DNA of 64,000 nucleotides from a phage. Below are positions 47,774 to 56,649 of this stretch, in pieces (the stretch's first letter is position 1; each line of letters starts with the position of its first letter). The notes under the pieces are model-generated. The model made no database searches. It was not told where the DNA came from and was given only the letters and a program-made list of their open reading frames with translations. The stretch is from the NCBI GenBank assembly GCA_033648345.1, contig GCA_033648345.1_4121.1. One strand, written 5' to 3'. Both the position numbers and the translations under genes were made by a program.

Positions 47774-48001
47774 ATGGCTATCGTAATCACTCGCGTATCT
47801 GGTACTACTGGCAATTCTTCTACTGTTGCTGTAATTACTAATAAGAAAGGTGCGGAATTACATTTTGCAATGAATACCTGGGCGGTGAATGAGTTCGGTC
47901 AGTGGGCTAGTGTAGAATACATTGAAACCTATCAAGTGCCAACCATTAGCTTAACGGATCTCGGCGTAGATCGTATCTTATGCCTGGATGAATTAAATTA
48001 A
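47774..48001 (+). CDS. hypothetical protein (75 aa)
   Basis: Promoter TTGACA 47712/CATAAT 47735; AGGAA SD. Confidence 0.6.
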   Translation: MAIVITRVSGTTGNSSTVAVITNKKGAELHFAMNTWAVNEFGQWASVEYIETYQVPTISLTDLGVDRILCLDELN

Positions 48002-48086
48002 AAAAGTACTTGCAAAGTAAATCAAATAAAGTATAATACATTACATCAAGGGGAGAAATGGTTCTCCCCACTACAAGGAAACTAAA

Positions 48087-48236
48087 ATGAAAACTTGTCA
48101 ATGTGGTCAGAAATCTATTACGGGTTTAAAGCGGGGCGTTGCTCTTTGCCAGTACCATTATAATTTACAAGTATGGGGTAAAGAATGGGCCGACCAGGTG
48201 GAAGCAGCAAAGAAAGCAAAAAGTAAGTAAAAATAT
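48087..48236 (+). CDS. small Cys-containing protein (49 aa), possible zinc ribbon
   Basis: Below track threshold; promoter + hairpin + AAGGAA SD; CQCG…CQYH. Confidence 0.5.
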
Positions 48237-48248
48237 TATCACAGTACT

Positions 48249-48277
48249 ATTGACATAGTTTGATAGTACTGGCATAA
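48249..48277 (+). promoter_or_regulatory. sigma70-type promoter (duplicated module, copy 1)
   Basis: TTGACA 48249-48254, spacer GTTTGATAGTACTGG, CATAAT 48272-48277; about 80 bp repeated at 48525-48605. Confidence 0.6.
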
Positions 48278-48311
48278 TAGATTTTATCAAGACAACTAAG
48301 AGGAAACAATA

Positions 48312-48524
48312 ATGGCTATCATCACAAAAATCAAAGTAAACAAATCACTGGTTAAGCTGGAAGAAGTGAAAGAAGGTTATAAAGTATCGTGGTGCGGCAT
48401 GTATCGGATTTTTACAGATGTTGACGATGCAATCAATTACTACACTGACACGGTAAAAAACTTTGTTCGTGCTGATGTGGTTATGGCAGTGGCAACACAC
48501 AAAGCATCGAAAGAAAGTAAGTAA
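48312..48524 (+). CDS. hypothetical protein (70 aa)
   Basis: AGAGGA SD. Confidence 0.6.
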   Translation: MAIITKIKVNKSLVKLEEVKEGYKVSWCGMYRIFTDVDDAINYYTDTVKNFVRADVVMAVATHKASKESK

Positions 48525-48543
48525 AAATATTATCACAGTACTA

Positions 48544-48572
48544 TTGACATAGTTTGATAGTACTGGCATAAT
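48544..48572 (+). promoter_or_regulatory. sigma70-type promoter (duplicated module, copy 2)
   Basis: Identical to copy at 48249. Confidence 0.6.
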
Positions 48573-48605
48573 AGATTTTATCAAGACAACTAAGAGGAAA
48601 TTAAA

Positions 48606-48950
48606 ATGGCTAACATCAACACTATCGCAGCACAAAATATCAACCTGTCTTCTGTTGAAGTTGTACATATTGCCGCTCGGCGTTGGTTCCAGGCTTCATA
48701 TGGTAACACTTATTTCTCTTTAAGTGTAGACGTAGAAATTGATGGTAATTTTATTGAAGTAGTAAACGTGCCGTTCCAATATGGATACGGGGATCATTTT
48801 GACACTGTAGCAATGGAAGAATTTAGCAAGGTTATTAATATGGAAGGTAAAGAGTTTTTACGCGGTTCTTATCTTTCACGTTTTTGCCGTGATAATAATA
48901 TCACTGTTTACAGTTCGGTAACTGATGTTAAACGCAAAAAAGATCTTTAA
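48606..48950 (+). CDS. hypothetical protein (114 aa), paralogue of 55466-55789
   Basis: Shared GNTY…YGYG…VKRKKD with 55466. Confidence 0.65.
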   Translation: MANINTIAAQNINLSSVEVVHIAARRWFQASYGNTYFSLSVDVEIDGNFIEVVNVPFQYGYGDHFDTVAMEEFSKVINMEGKEFLRGSYLSRFCRDNNITVYSSVTDVKRKKDL

Positions 48951-49030
48951 TTAGCTTTACTTTATGCAGATACTTTGATATAGTGTCTGCATAGGGGAAA
49001 GAAATTAAATTAACTTAAGAGGATAGTATA

Positions 49031-49300
49031 ATGAAAAATATCAGTACTTTAATTGATGCAGGTACACATGTTCGGCGGTCTATGGTTGCAACCAGTACTA
49101 CAAAACAAGTAGCAAGCGGTTATCTTGTATTTGTGCACGATGGAAAACTCCTGGAACGTTCAATCAATTTTGATGTTAAAAACAATTGCCGTTTTATTAT
49201 TTTTAAGCGTGAACAATATAAAATTGATTTACCAGCGAAGCCCATTAGCGGGGCGTATAACGTCTATTCATTGTTTGAGCGTCAACCATACACCTATTAA
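49031..49300 (+). CDS. hypothetical protein (89 aa)
   Basis: AGAGGA SD. Confidence 0.6.
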   Translation: MKNISTLIDAGTHVRRSMVATSTTKQVASGYLVFVHDGKLLERSINFDVKNNCRFIIFKREQYKIDLPAKPISGAYNVYSLFERQPYTY

Positions 49301-49351
49301 TCAAAACATCGTTAGCGGTCGATTTAGGCCGCTTATATTGGGGATTATACC

Positions 49352-49624
49352 ATGAACGTTAATCAAGTACTGAATGAGATCGAAAGCATCATTAAACCAA
49401 TGAAACGCATTGATGCTATGTTAACACCGGAAGAATGCCGCCTTTATGAGCGTTACAGCGTCGAACAAGTCCAGGCAATGGCTATGGCTACCCCAGCCGT
49501 TAAACAGCCTGAGAACGCGTTACAGGACGTTACAGGGGATTATATCATCAATCCAGTACTAGGGAAGATGGCGGCAATCACCGAAGATCAACAAGACTAC
49601 TTAAGCCAGTACTTAAAAGGTTAA
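49352..49624 (+). CDS. hypothetical protein (90 aa)
   Basis: ORF, weak SD. Confidence 0.55.
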   Translation: MNVNQVLNEIESIIKPMKRIDAMLTPEECRLYERYSVEQVQAMAMATPAVKQPENALQDVTGDYIINPVLGKMAAITEDQQDYLSQYLKG

Positions 49625-49629
49625 TTAAT

Positions 49630-49839
49630 ATGCTTACTGTACAGGATAAGATCGACATCTTAAAGGTTAATATGTATGTGATTGATGCCGTACCTGGTAA
49701 AGTATTTGCATACGATGACACTACTGTAAGCGATTTCTACTATAGCCAGGCCGTGGGGGATCTTTCTGTACAGTCGGTTATTGAAAACGTAGTTAATGCA
49801 GCGTATGAGCATTTACTTTCAAATAGTACTTGCAATTAG
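49630..49839 (+). CDS. hypothetical protein (69 aa)
   Basis: ORF closely following previous stop. Confidence 0.55.
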   Translation: MLTVQDKIDILKVNMYVIDAVPGKVFAYDDTTVSDFYYSQAVGDLSVQSVIENVVNAAYEHLLSNSTCN

Positions 49840-49908
49840 TTTTTAAACGCGTATAATGTTTTACATGAAGGGGAGAAATGATTCTCCCCACTAATTAAGG
49901 AATATGAA

Positions 49909-50055
49909 ATGAAAGCATCAAAAAAGAGTAATACTAAGAAAGCACGTTCACCTTTCGCTGGGGTATTCCCTTTACGTTTCGTTGATGAAGTGGTTTCCTA
50001 CCCGCCGGGCCTTACTCCTGAGATGGTAGAAAGTTTGCGTAAATCTAAAAAATAG
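49909..50055 (+). CDS. hypothetical basic small protein (48 aa)
   Basis: Below track threshold; promoter + GGGGAGAAATGATTCTCCCC hairpin + AAGGA SD. Confidence 0.45.
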   Translation: MKASKKSNTKKARSPFAGVFPLRFVDEVVSYPPGLTPEMVESLRKSKK

Positions 50056-50136
50056 TACTTGCAATTAGTTTTTAAACGCGTATAATGTTTTACATAGAGG
50101 GGAGAAATGGTTCTCCCCAATAACAGGAGAATCAAA

Positions 50137-50289
50137 ATGAAACAATACAATGCTCGGTTTGATGTTACTATCGGCAACGGCAAAGGTCAATTTTCTTTCA
50201 GTACTCGCCGCAGTTATACAGAAAACTTCCTGCGTAATTGTGCACTGACCGCCGCACAAATTAAACATTACTTCCAGGCTAAAAAATGA
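50137..50289 (+). CDS. hypothetical small protein (50 aa)
   Basis: Promoter + hairpin + AGGAGA SD; track start 50107 is inside the hairpin. Confidence 0.55.
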   Translation: MKQYNARFDVTIGNGKGQFSFSTRRSYTENFLRNCALTAAQIKHYFQAKK

Positions 50290-50375
50290 AATCATTAGCT
50301 TATTACAGTTCAGCGGTGATCGGTGCATTGATCGCGGCATTGTTAGTAACCTATCTATTCTTTATGGTGATTTAA
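50286..50375 (+). CDS. tiny hydrophobic peptide (29 aa)
   Basis: ATGA overlap with previous stop; MKSLAYYSSAVIGALIAALLVTYLFFMVI. Confidence 0.35.
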   Translation: MKSLAYYSSAVIGALIAALLVTYLFFMVI

Positions 50376-50510
50376 ATGAATCCTAACGGTTTAATTTACA
50401 GTACTCCTAAAACGAAAGCAGATAAAGCGAAAGCACGTAAAGCGAAAGTAAAGGAGTACATTAAGCAAGGCATGACGCGAAAGGCGGCAGTACTGAAAGC
50501 TAAAAAATAA
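50376..50510 (+). CDS. Lys-rich small protein (44 aa)
   Basis: ATG immediately after previous stop (TAAATG). Confidence 0.35.
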   Translation: MNPNGLIYSTPKTKADKAKARKAKVKEYIKQGMTRKAAVLKAKK

Positions 50511-50520
50511 ATGAAAAAAG

Positions 50521-50554
50521 TGGTTGACTTCGGTCAGCCATTTTGCTATTATAT
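50521..50554 (+). promoter_or_regulatory. terminator-hairpin/promoter composite (PeSL-like)
   Basis: GGTTGAC-TTCG-GTCAGCC hairpin + TTTTGCTATTATAT. Confidence 0.6.
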
Positions 50555-50555
50555 A

Positions 50556-50606
50556 TTCATTGAGAGATAGCTCACTAGCCCACCGGGTGCATAAGTGTAT
50601 CTATTA
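50556..50606 (+). ncRNA. candidate small RNA/leader (element E) downstream of PeSL
   Basis: TTCATTGAGAGATAGCTCACTAGCCCACCGGGTGCATAAGTGTATCTATTATAT. Confidence 0.3.
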
Positions 50607-50724
50607 TATAAGTATTGAGTACTGAAAACTATTTTTAAAAAGTACTTGCAAACTATCTCAATAAGCGTATAATGTTTTACATCGAAAGGGGAAACGGTTT
50701 CCCCTGGTAATAAGGAAACAAATC

Positions 50725-51066
50725 ATGACTATTGCAATTGCTCAATCTAACTTTGAAAATGAAATCATCGCCCAGGCACTGCGTTTAAATGATGGTCGGG
50801 CCGAAATTAATTACGGTTTCAATTCAGGCGGTTGTGAAAAATATCAGTACTTTGTAACTGCTGATGGCGGTGTCCTGGGCATCAATACCGTTATTGTAAA
50901 CATTCAGAAAATTAATTTCAATGATCCAGACGATAGCCAGTTTTACATTGTAGGCGTAGACGTGAACTATGAGGATGACTCACTAACTGATGATCACACT
51001 GGCGAGCGGTTAGAAAGTGCATACGGTGAAGATGATTATCAGTCCGGTCCAGAAGATTTCGAATAA
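50725..51066 (+). CDS. hypothetical acidic protein (113 aa)
   Basis: Promoter + GGGGAAACGGTTTCCCC hairpin + AAGGAAA SD. Confidence 0.65.
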   Translation: MTIAIAQSNFENEIIAQALRLNDGRAEINYGFNSGGCEKYQYFVTADGGVLGINTVIVNIQKINFNDPDDSQFYIVGVDVNYEDDSLTDDHTGERLESAYGEDDYQSGPEDFE

Positions 51067-51157
51067 TATAAAAAATAGTTTGACAATAGATTATAGTACT
51101 GTATAATTAATTACATCAAGGGGAGAATAGTTCTCCCCAACTAAGAGGAAAAAGAAA

Positions 51158-51340
51158 ATGGCTGAATTAATCGCTCGGAATACAATTGCAGGCGTTGAAG
51201 ATGTAACATTATCATATGATTCAGATAAACAAGTTTACGTCGTTCGTTATGGTCTGATTGGTGTTAACGTTGATTATATTGATGAAGCCTTTGAAAAATA
51301 CTTTGAATTTATTAATATGGCTTATAATGATTATCGTTAA
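51158..51340 (+). CDS. hypothetical protein (60 aa)
   Basis: Promoter TTGACA…TATAAT + hairpin + AGAGGA SD. Confidence 0.6.
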   Translation: MAELIARNTIAGVEDVTLSYDSDKQVYVVRYGLIGVNVDYIDEAFEKYFEFINMAYNDYR

Positions 51341-51430
51341 AAAATAGTTTGACAATAGATTATAGTACTGTATAATAGTTTACATCAAGGGGAGAAAAAC
51401 TTCTCCCCACTAACAGAGAGAGAAAACAAA

Positions 51431-51643
51431 ATGGCTAATATCTGCACTGTACTGAAAAATGCAAAACAAGTTTTATTTTCTGATCACGATCATTTAAACA
51501 AGGATATTACGGGCGTTCGGAATATCAAAGATGTAAAAAGTGTTATGGGTATCTATTGCAATATGAAACGTGTCGGCACGTTCGGCGATAAAGTACTATA
51601 CCAGGCAGGGGATTATAACTTCACATTAACCATCATCAATTAA
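51431..51643 (+). CDS. hypothetical protein (70 aa)
   Basis: Near-duplicate of the promoter upstream of 51158. Confidence 0.6.
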   Translation: MANICTVLKNAKQVLFSDHDHLNKDITGVRNIKDVKSVMGIYCNMKRVGTFGDKVLYQAGDYNFTLTIIN

Positions 51644-51733
51644 AATATATTACCAGTACTATTGACAACGTTTGATAGTACTGTATAATAAGTTTTATAA
51701 ACAGTAGTTAACTTAACCTAAGAGAGAAACAAA

Positions 51734-51877
51734 ATGATCGCACTGGATTCATTCATCGACGCAGTACTGGCAAAAACTGGCGAGGATCTGACCGCAGAAC
51801 AATACGCGATGATCGAGCAATGTCAGCAAAACGGTAAATCGGTGAAAGATACTGTTAAGATTATCCGCAAGATGTAA
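51734..51877 (+). CDS. hypothetical small protein (47 aa)
   Basis: Below track threshold; promoter TTGACA…TATAAT + AGAGAGA SD. Confidence 0.45.
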   Translation: MIALDSFIDAVLAKTGEDLTAEQYAMIEQCQQNGKSVKDTVKIIRKM

Positions 51878-51886
51878 TATTATAGC

Positions 51887-51912
51887 CCACTGGTTAACGC
51901 TGGTGGGCTTTA
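51887..51912 (+). terminator. hairpin terminator containing a Chi octamer
   Basis: AGCCCACTGG-TTAAC-GCTGGTGGGCT hairpin; weak U-tract. Confidence 0.45.
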
Positions 51913-51982
51913 ATCATTTACCCTATACAATGCCAGTACTCAACCGTTTATCTCGTTAGAATGCGTTACAGGACGTTTGACA

Positions 51983-52180
51983 ATGATTAGCATGAAATCA
52001 GTACAAAAACAAATAGAAACATTATCAAAAATTAAACGTAAACAATACTCCTTAGAATATACAATCAATGGTAACTATCATCTAATGAAAGAAAATAATT
52101 TTATAGTCATTGATGAATCATTGCAAATTATTAGTATAGTACTGAAAGCATTAATCAATGACAGAAAAAAATTAAAATAA
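51983..52180 (+). CDS. hypothetical protein (65 aa)
   Basis: ORF; start uncertain (ATG 51983 or 51992). Confidence 0.45.
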   Translation: MISMKSVQKQIETLSKIKRKQYSLEYTINGNYHLMKENNFIVIDESLQIISIVLKALINDRKKLK

Positions 52181-52183
52181 TTG

Positions 52184-52212
52184 TTGACATACAATGCCAG
52201 TACTGGCATAAT
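52184..52212 (+). promoter_or_regulatory. sigma70-type promoter driving element E copy
   Basis: TTGACA 52184-52189, 17-nt spacer with AGTACTG, CATAAT 52207-52212. Confidence 0.55.
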
Positions 52213-52217
52213 ACTTA

Positions 52218-52266
52218 CATCAAGACGAGAACGTCACTAACCCATAGGGTGCACAAATGTAACTAT
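52218..52266 (+). ncRNA. candidate small RNA/leader (element E)
   Basis: CATCAAGACGAGAACGTCACTAACCCATAGGGTGCACAAATGTAACTAT; no ORF. Confidence 0.3.
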
Positions 52267-52508
52267 ATAATATCGATCAATAAATGATCAAAAAAGTACT
52301 GGATCAATTTAGCATAAGGAGTATAATTCTGATCAATTCTTGATCAAAGGCAATATACGCAGTTGAATTTATATAGACAGTACAAAGGCGTTACTATCCG
52401 TGGTAATGCTGGTGGATATGTAGTATCATATGGTTTGAATAAGATTAGCACTAGTAGTATTATTGTAGCATTACAGTACTATAGTATTTTTATAATGAGG
52501 TTAAAATA

Positions 52509-52766
52509 ATGGCTGTTGGATTCGCGAAGGACGGGGCCGAGCAAGACGAGATTAACGCAGTGATTCAGGCCGCTGTAAACCACGCTAGAAAGCAAATTAA
52601 CGCACAAAGAGAATCACTGGTACATTGCCTCGACTGCGGCGATAAAATCCCTGAGAATCGACGCCAGGCCGTTATAGGGTGCATGTATTGTATTACTTGC
52701 CAGGAGGATCATGATAGTACTTTTAAAAGAGATCCGCGTAATTGTTGGCATAGATCTATGAGATAA
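52509..52766 (+). CDS. TraR/DksA-type C4 zinc-finger protein (85 aa)
   Basis: CLDCGDKIPENRRQA…CMYCITC four-cysteine motif. Confidence 0.7.
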   Translation: MAVGFAKDGAEQDEINAVIQAAVNHARKQINAQRESLVHCLDCGDKIPENRRQAVIGCMYCITCQEDHDSTFKRDPRNCWHRSMR

Positions 52767-52830
52767 AAAGTAATTGACAGTACTGAAAGATAGTGTATAA
52801 TGTTTTATATCTTAACTGAGGATTGAAATC

Positions 52831-53187
52831 ATGGGTATTCAACACATCACGCGTACTACTGACAATGGCGAGATCACTGGTTATCAGGTACAGGGCAAAG
52901 TAGCACAATTGCAGTACTGGTTTGTTAAACGTGGAATCATTGCACCGGATCTTGATTATGACCGTGTAGCGTTTATTGATTCTCTTTATGTTGATCCTGA
53001 TAGTCGGGGCAATGGTGAAGGTAACGAATTAATGAATGCCTTTATTGATGCCGCCGATGATTCAGATTGTATCATCTTAGAATGCGATACGGGAGAAGAT
53101 AACGCCTTTAATCTTAAAGAATGGTACGAAGGCTTCGGATTCGAGGTATTGATAGATAGTGAATATCCTATCATGATTTTATCATAG
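52831..53187 (+). CDS. possible GNAT-family acetyltransferase (118 aa)
   Basis: IDSLYVDPDSRGNGEGNELMNAFID resembles acetyl-CoA binding motif A; assignment tentative. Confidence 0.45.
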   Translation: MGIQHITRTTDNGEITGYQVQGKVAQLQYWFVKRGIIAPDLDYDRVAFIDSLYVDPDSRGNGEGNELMNAFIDAADDSDCIILECDTGEDNAFNLKEWYEGFGFEVLIDSEYPIMILS

Positions 53188-53266
53188 TACTTGCATTTAG
53201 TTTTCAGTACTGTTATAGTACTTGCATCAAGGGGAAACATCTTCCCCTACTAAGAGGAAATAAAAA

Positions 53267-53455
53267 ATGGAAAACTTATCAAGTATTTTAGTACAAGATG
53301 ATTTCGGTAATCCTGGAAGTGCTATCATTGTTCGGGGCAATAAAGCAACGTTTGTTATTGCTGGTGGACCCGTACAGCGTAGCATTAAAAATAATGCTGT
53401 TACCATTAATAATGTACGCTATCGCTTAGATAAAGAATTAATTCATAAACTGTAA
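53267..53455 (+). CDS. hypothetical protein (62 aa)
   Basis: Promoter + hairpin + AGAGGA SD. Confidence 0.6.
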   Translation: MENLSSILVQDDFGNPGSAIIVRGNKATFVIAGGPVQRSIKNNAVTINNVRYRLDKELIHKL

Positions 53456-53482
53456 TATTAATTTAATAGAGGATAACAATAA

Positions 53483-53806
53483 ATGTACATTCATACTACT
53501 ATCACAAAGGAAGTCCGTTGCCAGTTCGAAAGTATTCCGGGCGTATGTTTCATCACTGGTACGTTTTCCCCTGGTGATCGTGATAATCCAGTACTGTTAC
53601 AATTACGCCATCCATCATGGGATAAAGCATTTGATCTACCGTTGAATGAATTCGCAACTACTGCTGAAAAGTACATTAAAAATATTCGCGAGAATGATCG
53701 ACTATTCATTAATGCTTTTAGTGATTCCGCGTTAAGCGAGATCCACGGCGTATTGGTTGCAATCATGGAATCAATGCAGAAAACTAAATTCAAACAAGGT
53801 GAATAA
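53483..53806 (+). CDS. hypothetical protein (107 aa)
   Basis: AGAGGA SD. Confidence 0.6.
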   Translation: MYIHTTITKEVRCQFESIPGVCFITGTFSPGDRDNPVLLQLRHPSWDKAFDLPLNEFATTAEKYIKNIRENDRLFINAFSDSALSEIHGVLVAIMESMQKTKFKQGE

Positions 53807-53889
53807 AAACTATTGACAATGCAATCCAGTACTGTATAATAGTTTACATGAAGGGGAGAAATGATTCTCCCCACTAAGAGGAAAGAAAA

Positions 53890-54102
53890 ATGCAAGGTCA
53901 ACTAATCGTTCGTAAATGGTCTGATACTAACGAAAAACCGTGGGATGTACAATACATCGCCCCAAATGGTGAATCCAGATATCAACCAGGTGTAACGCAT
54001 AGTACTGAGCAATTCGCCGCCGCTCATCGCGAACGTCTGTTACAATCAATGCAGCAAGGTTCCGGTGAAAAATTCATTCAGGATCATTGGCTGAAAGATT
54101 AA
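53890..54102 (+). CDS. hypothetical protein (70 aa)
   Basis: Promoter + GGGGAGAAATGATTCTCCCC hairpin + AGAGGA SD. Confidence 0.6.
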   Translation: MQGQLIVRKWSDTNEKPWDVQYIAPNGESRYQPGVTHSTEQFAAAHRERLLQSMQQGSGEKFIQDHWLKD

Positions 54103-54188
54103 AAAGTACTTGCACTGTACTGAATAAAGTGTATAATGTTTTATATCGGAAGGGGAATAGTTCCCCTCCGAACAAAGAGGAAAGTATA

Positions 54189-54362
54189 ATGGTCCAGGTA
54201 GAATTAACAGTACTGAAAGATCTGTTTTATCGGATTGGTACTACTGGCGAATATCCGAAGGGTGATAATGCAAAACTTTACGTATCACTCGACTTATGGC
54301 AACGCGAACAATTAGCAACGGCCTGGCGTAAAGGCAAAGCAGATCGAGAGGTGAAAGCATGA
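54189..54362 (+). CDS. hypothetical small protein (57 aa)
   Basis: Promoter + GGAAGGGGAATAGTTCCCCTCC hairpin + AGAGGA SD; track start 54087 is in the promoter. Confidence 0.55.
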   Translation: MVQVELTVLKDLFYRIGTTGEYPKGDNAKLYVSLDLWQREQLATAWRKGKADREVKA

Positions 54363-54508
54363 AAGAATTCTTATTTGAAGTAGTGTTTCAAGGTGTCGGC
54401 AATAACCAACTGATTCGATCAAGTGGTTATAATGTTAACCAGGCATGGAATAACATTAAACAAATGTACCCGAACGCTATCACATATCGCAACCCGAAAG
54501 AAGTTTAA
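54359..54508 (+). CDS. hypothetical small protein (49 aa)
   Basis: ATGA overlap with previous stop. Confidence 0.4.
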   Translation: MKEFLFEVVFQGVGNNQLIRSSGYNVNQAWNNIKQMYPNAITYRNPKEV

Positions 54509-54522
54509 AAATAATTGAAAAA

Positions 54523-54558
54523 GGGATTGACTCCGGTCAGTCCCTTTGCTATTATATA
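54523..54558 (+). promoter_or_regulatory. terminator-hairpin/promoter composite (PeSL-like)
   Basis: GGGATTGAC-TCCG-GTCAGTCCC hairpin + TTTGCTATTATATA. Confidence 0.6.
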
Positions 54559-54603
54559 CGCATAGAAACAAATTAGCCCACCGGGTGCATAAATGTATCT
54601 ATT
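54559..54603 (+). ncRNA. candidate small RNA/leader (element E) downstream of PeSL
   Basis: …AATTAGCCCACCGGGTGCATAAATGTATCTATTG followed by a Chi octamer at 54608. Confidence 0.3.
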
Positions 54604-54690
54604 GTTTGCTGGTGGCTAGTACTATCAAGTACTGAAAACTATTTTTAAAAAGTACTTGCAAAGTATCACGATAAGCGTATAATGTTTTAC

Positions 54691-54770
54691 ATCAGGACGG
54701 GGAACGAAACAAGTAACCCCGTTAAGTAGTCCAGGAGTAAGACATACGAAAAACTCCCCTGATAAAATAG
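54691..54770 (+). ncRNA. conserved non-coding leader between tandem promoters (element L)
   Basis: Near-identical to 43731-43810. Confidence 0.35.
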
Positions 54771-54832
54771 TTTGACAATAGAAAGTAAACGAGTATAATA
54801 CTTACATCAACCACTGATAAGGAAACATTAAA

Positions 54833-55108
54833 ATGCGGATTCTACTGACAGCTAACGAAATCGAACAAGTACTGACTACTAACCTGGAAGACTGGAAACG
54901 TGAAGCAGATATCCAGGCGGTTCAATGGCTTAACGATAAGTTAACGCCGGATGACTTAAGCAAGATTGTAGATCCTCAATTCTACGAAGATATTCACGAC
55001 ACCGCGTTAAGCGTCGAGGATGTACTTGATAAGCACTACATTGATACTGATTTACATGTTTACGGTCGTAAAAACTTTATCACTATTCACGACATTTACA
55101 ATACTTAA
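54833..55108 (+). CDS. hypothetical protein (91 aa)
   Basis: AAGGAAA SD. Confidence 0.6.
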   Translation: MRILLTANEIEQVLTTNLEDWKREADIQAVQWLNDKLTPDDLSKIVDPQFYEDIHDTALSVEDVLDKHYIDTDLHVYGRKNFITIHDIYNT

Positions 55109-55196
55109 GTATTGACAAAGTATCTTAGTACTGTATAATAGTTTACATCAAGTGAGGGGAAACGGTTCCCCTCCTAACAAAGAGAGAGAAATAAAA

Positions 55197-55379
55197 ATGG
55201 CTAAGTGCACTATCTGCAAGAAAGAAATAGTATTAGTTCCAAGTGCCCGTGAACGTGCCGCTCGGTTTGGTGGCAAAGCGTCAGACTATACAAAAATGTT
55301 TACTGCCCATACAGCTTGCCAGGTAGCAAAACGTTCACAAGAAAGCGTAGAATTAATGCGTAAACTTTCCAAAAAATAA
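55197..55379 (+). CDS. small Cys-containing protein (60 aa)
   Basis: Promoter TTGACA…TATAAT + GAGGGGAAACGGTTCCCCTC hairpin; MAKCTICKK…HTAC. Confidence 0.55.
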   Translation: MAKCTICKKEIVLVPSARERAARFGGKASDYTKMFTAHTACQVAKRSQESVELMRKLSKK

Positions 55380-55465
55380 GTATTGACAAAGTATCTTAGT
55401 ACTGTATAATAGTTTACATCAAGTGAGGGGAAACGGTTCCCCTCCTAACAGAGAGAGAAATAAAA

Positions 55466-55789
55466 ATGGCTATGATCCTTACCCAGAAAGTGGAATTGAA
55501 AATTGTAACCTCCTTTGACATTAAAGTTAATCGGTGGACTGATTCACACGGCAATACTTACCACTCTTGCTACGTGTCTGCGTTAATTGGCGACCGCTGG
55601 GAAGACCTGGGACACGAAACCTTTACATACGGTTACGGTACGCAAGGCGAATACACTGGTTTGGAGATCATTAAAGAAACCGTTATAGGTTTCAACCCGA
55701 AAGAAAAAGTTATTCACCGCATCGAAAAAGAGATTAACAAAGAAATAACAGTTCGCTACTACGATGTAAAACGTAAGAAAGACATGTAA
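55466..55789 (+). CDS. hypothetical protein (107 aa), paralogue of 48606-48950
   Basis: Exact duplicate of the promoter module upstream of 55197. Confidence 0.65.
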   Translation: MAMILTQKVELKIVTSFDIKVNRWTDSHGNTYHSCYVSALIGDRWEDLGHETFTYGYGTQGEYTGLEIIKETVIGFNPKEKVIHRIEKEINKEITVRYYDVKRKKDM

Positions 55790-55884
55790 TAGAATCCATT
55801 TAAAGTACTATTTGACATTGCCCAGATAGTACTTTATAATAGACTCTAACTTGTAGTACTAACTCAACTAATAGGATGTATACC

Positions 55885-56280
55885 ATGATTACTAAATTCT
55901 ACGCTACCCGTGAAGCTGCCCGTATTGTTGCACGCGAGGAAGGAGCAGCATTTAAAGACATGGGAACGACAGCACCGAAAGGTCAACGCTGGGCCGTACA
56001 GTTCAAAGAAATCTCTGATATTGTGAATTCACCTGAGCCAGTACTGACAGCAGCAGAACTAAAACGAGCGGATATGCTGGCGGCAATACTTGACGCACAA
56101 GATGAGTTTATCGCTGATTCTGATATCAAAGTACAGGTAAACCACACCGCATGGACTCACGCGGATCACCTGGCAAACCTTAAGCGTCCAAGTGAACTGA
56201 TTCGCAACCAGAAAGAGATCCGACATGATCGTAAGGGTAATCGTGTAACAGTATACAGTAAACGCCGCCAGGTTATCTAA
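55885..56280 (+). CDS. hypothetical protein (131 aa), paralogue of 42862-43128
   Basis: Promoter TTGACA…TATAAT; AGGATG SD then ATG 55885. Confidence 0.6.
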   Translation: MITKFYATREAARIVAREEGAAFKDMGTTAPKGQRWAVQFKEISDIVNSPEPVLTAAELKRADMLAAILDAQDEFIADSDIKVQVNHTAWTHADHLANLKRPSELIRNQKEIRHDRKGNRVTVYSKRRQVI

Positions 56281-56302
56281 TAACTTGCAGTACTAACAAC
56301 AC

Positions 56303-56328
56303 GGCGGGATCAGTTCCCGCCTTTTTTA
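56303..56328 (+). terminator. rho-independent terminator
   Basis: GGCGGGATCAGTTCCCGCC hairpin + TTTTTT. Confidence 0.7.
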
Positions 56329-56341
56329 TAGGACAAACAAA

Positions 56342-56596
56342 ATGATTAAGGTTCAACTATATAAAGATAACATCTTACGGGTACACTATAAAGCACCGAA
56401 GAGAATCATCACAAAGGCCGTACAGCTTGCTAATGAGTTTATTAATGGTAACCTATTACCGAGGAAGTTAAGCAACGGGAAACTGCGTGTAATCGACGTG
56501 GACACTAACAACAGGATAGTAATCGAGAACACAGGAAAGATAAACCTTTATGAGCATCAACAATACAATAAGAAAATAAAACTAATATCACGTTGA
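56342..56596 (+). CDS. hypothetical protein (84 aa)
   Basis: ORF, weak SD. Confidence 0.5.
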   Translation: MIKVQLYKDNILRVHYKAPKRIITKAVQLANEFINGNLLPRKLSNGKLRVIDVDTNNRIVIENTGKINLYEHQQYNKKIKLISR

Positions 56597-56649
56597 CAGT
56601 ACTCAATTGTTTTAGTATTATGTACACATACCAACACGGGAGAAACAAA

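Noticed and set aside
49514-51977. 15-bp identity GCGTTACAGGACGTT shared between a CDS (49514) and an intergenic site (51963)
   Set aside because: A single 15-mer match is within chance expectation for all pairwise comparisons in 64 kb on two strands.
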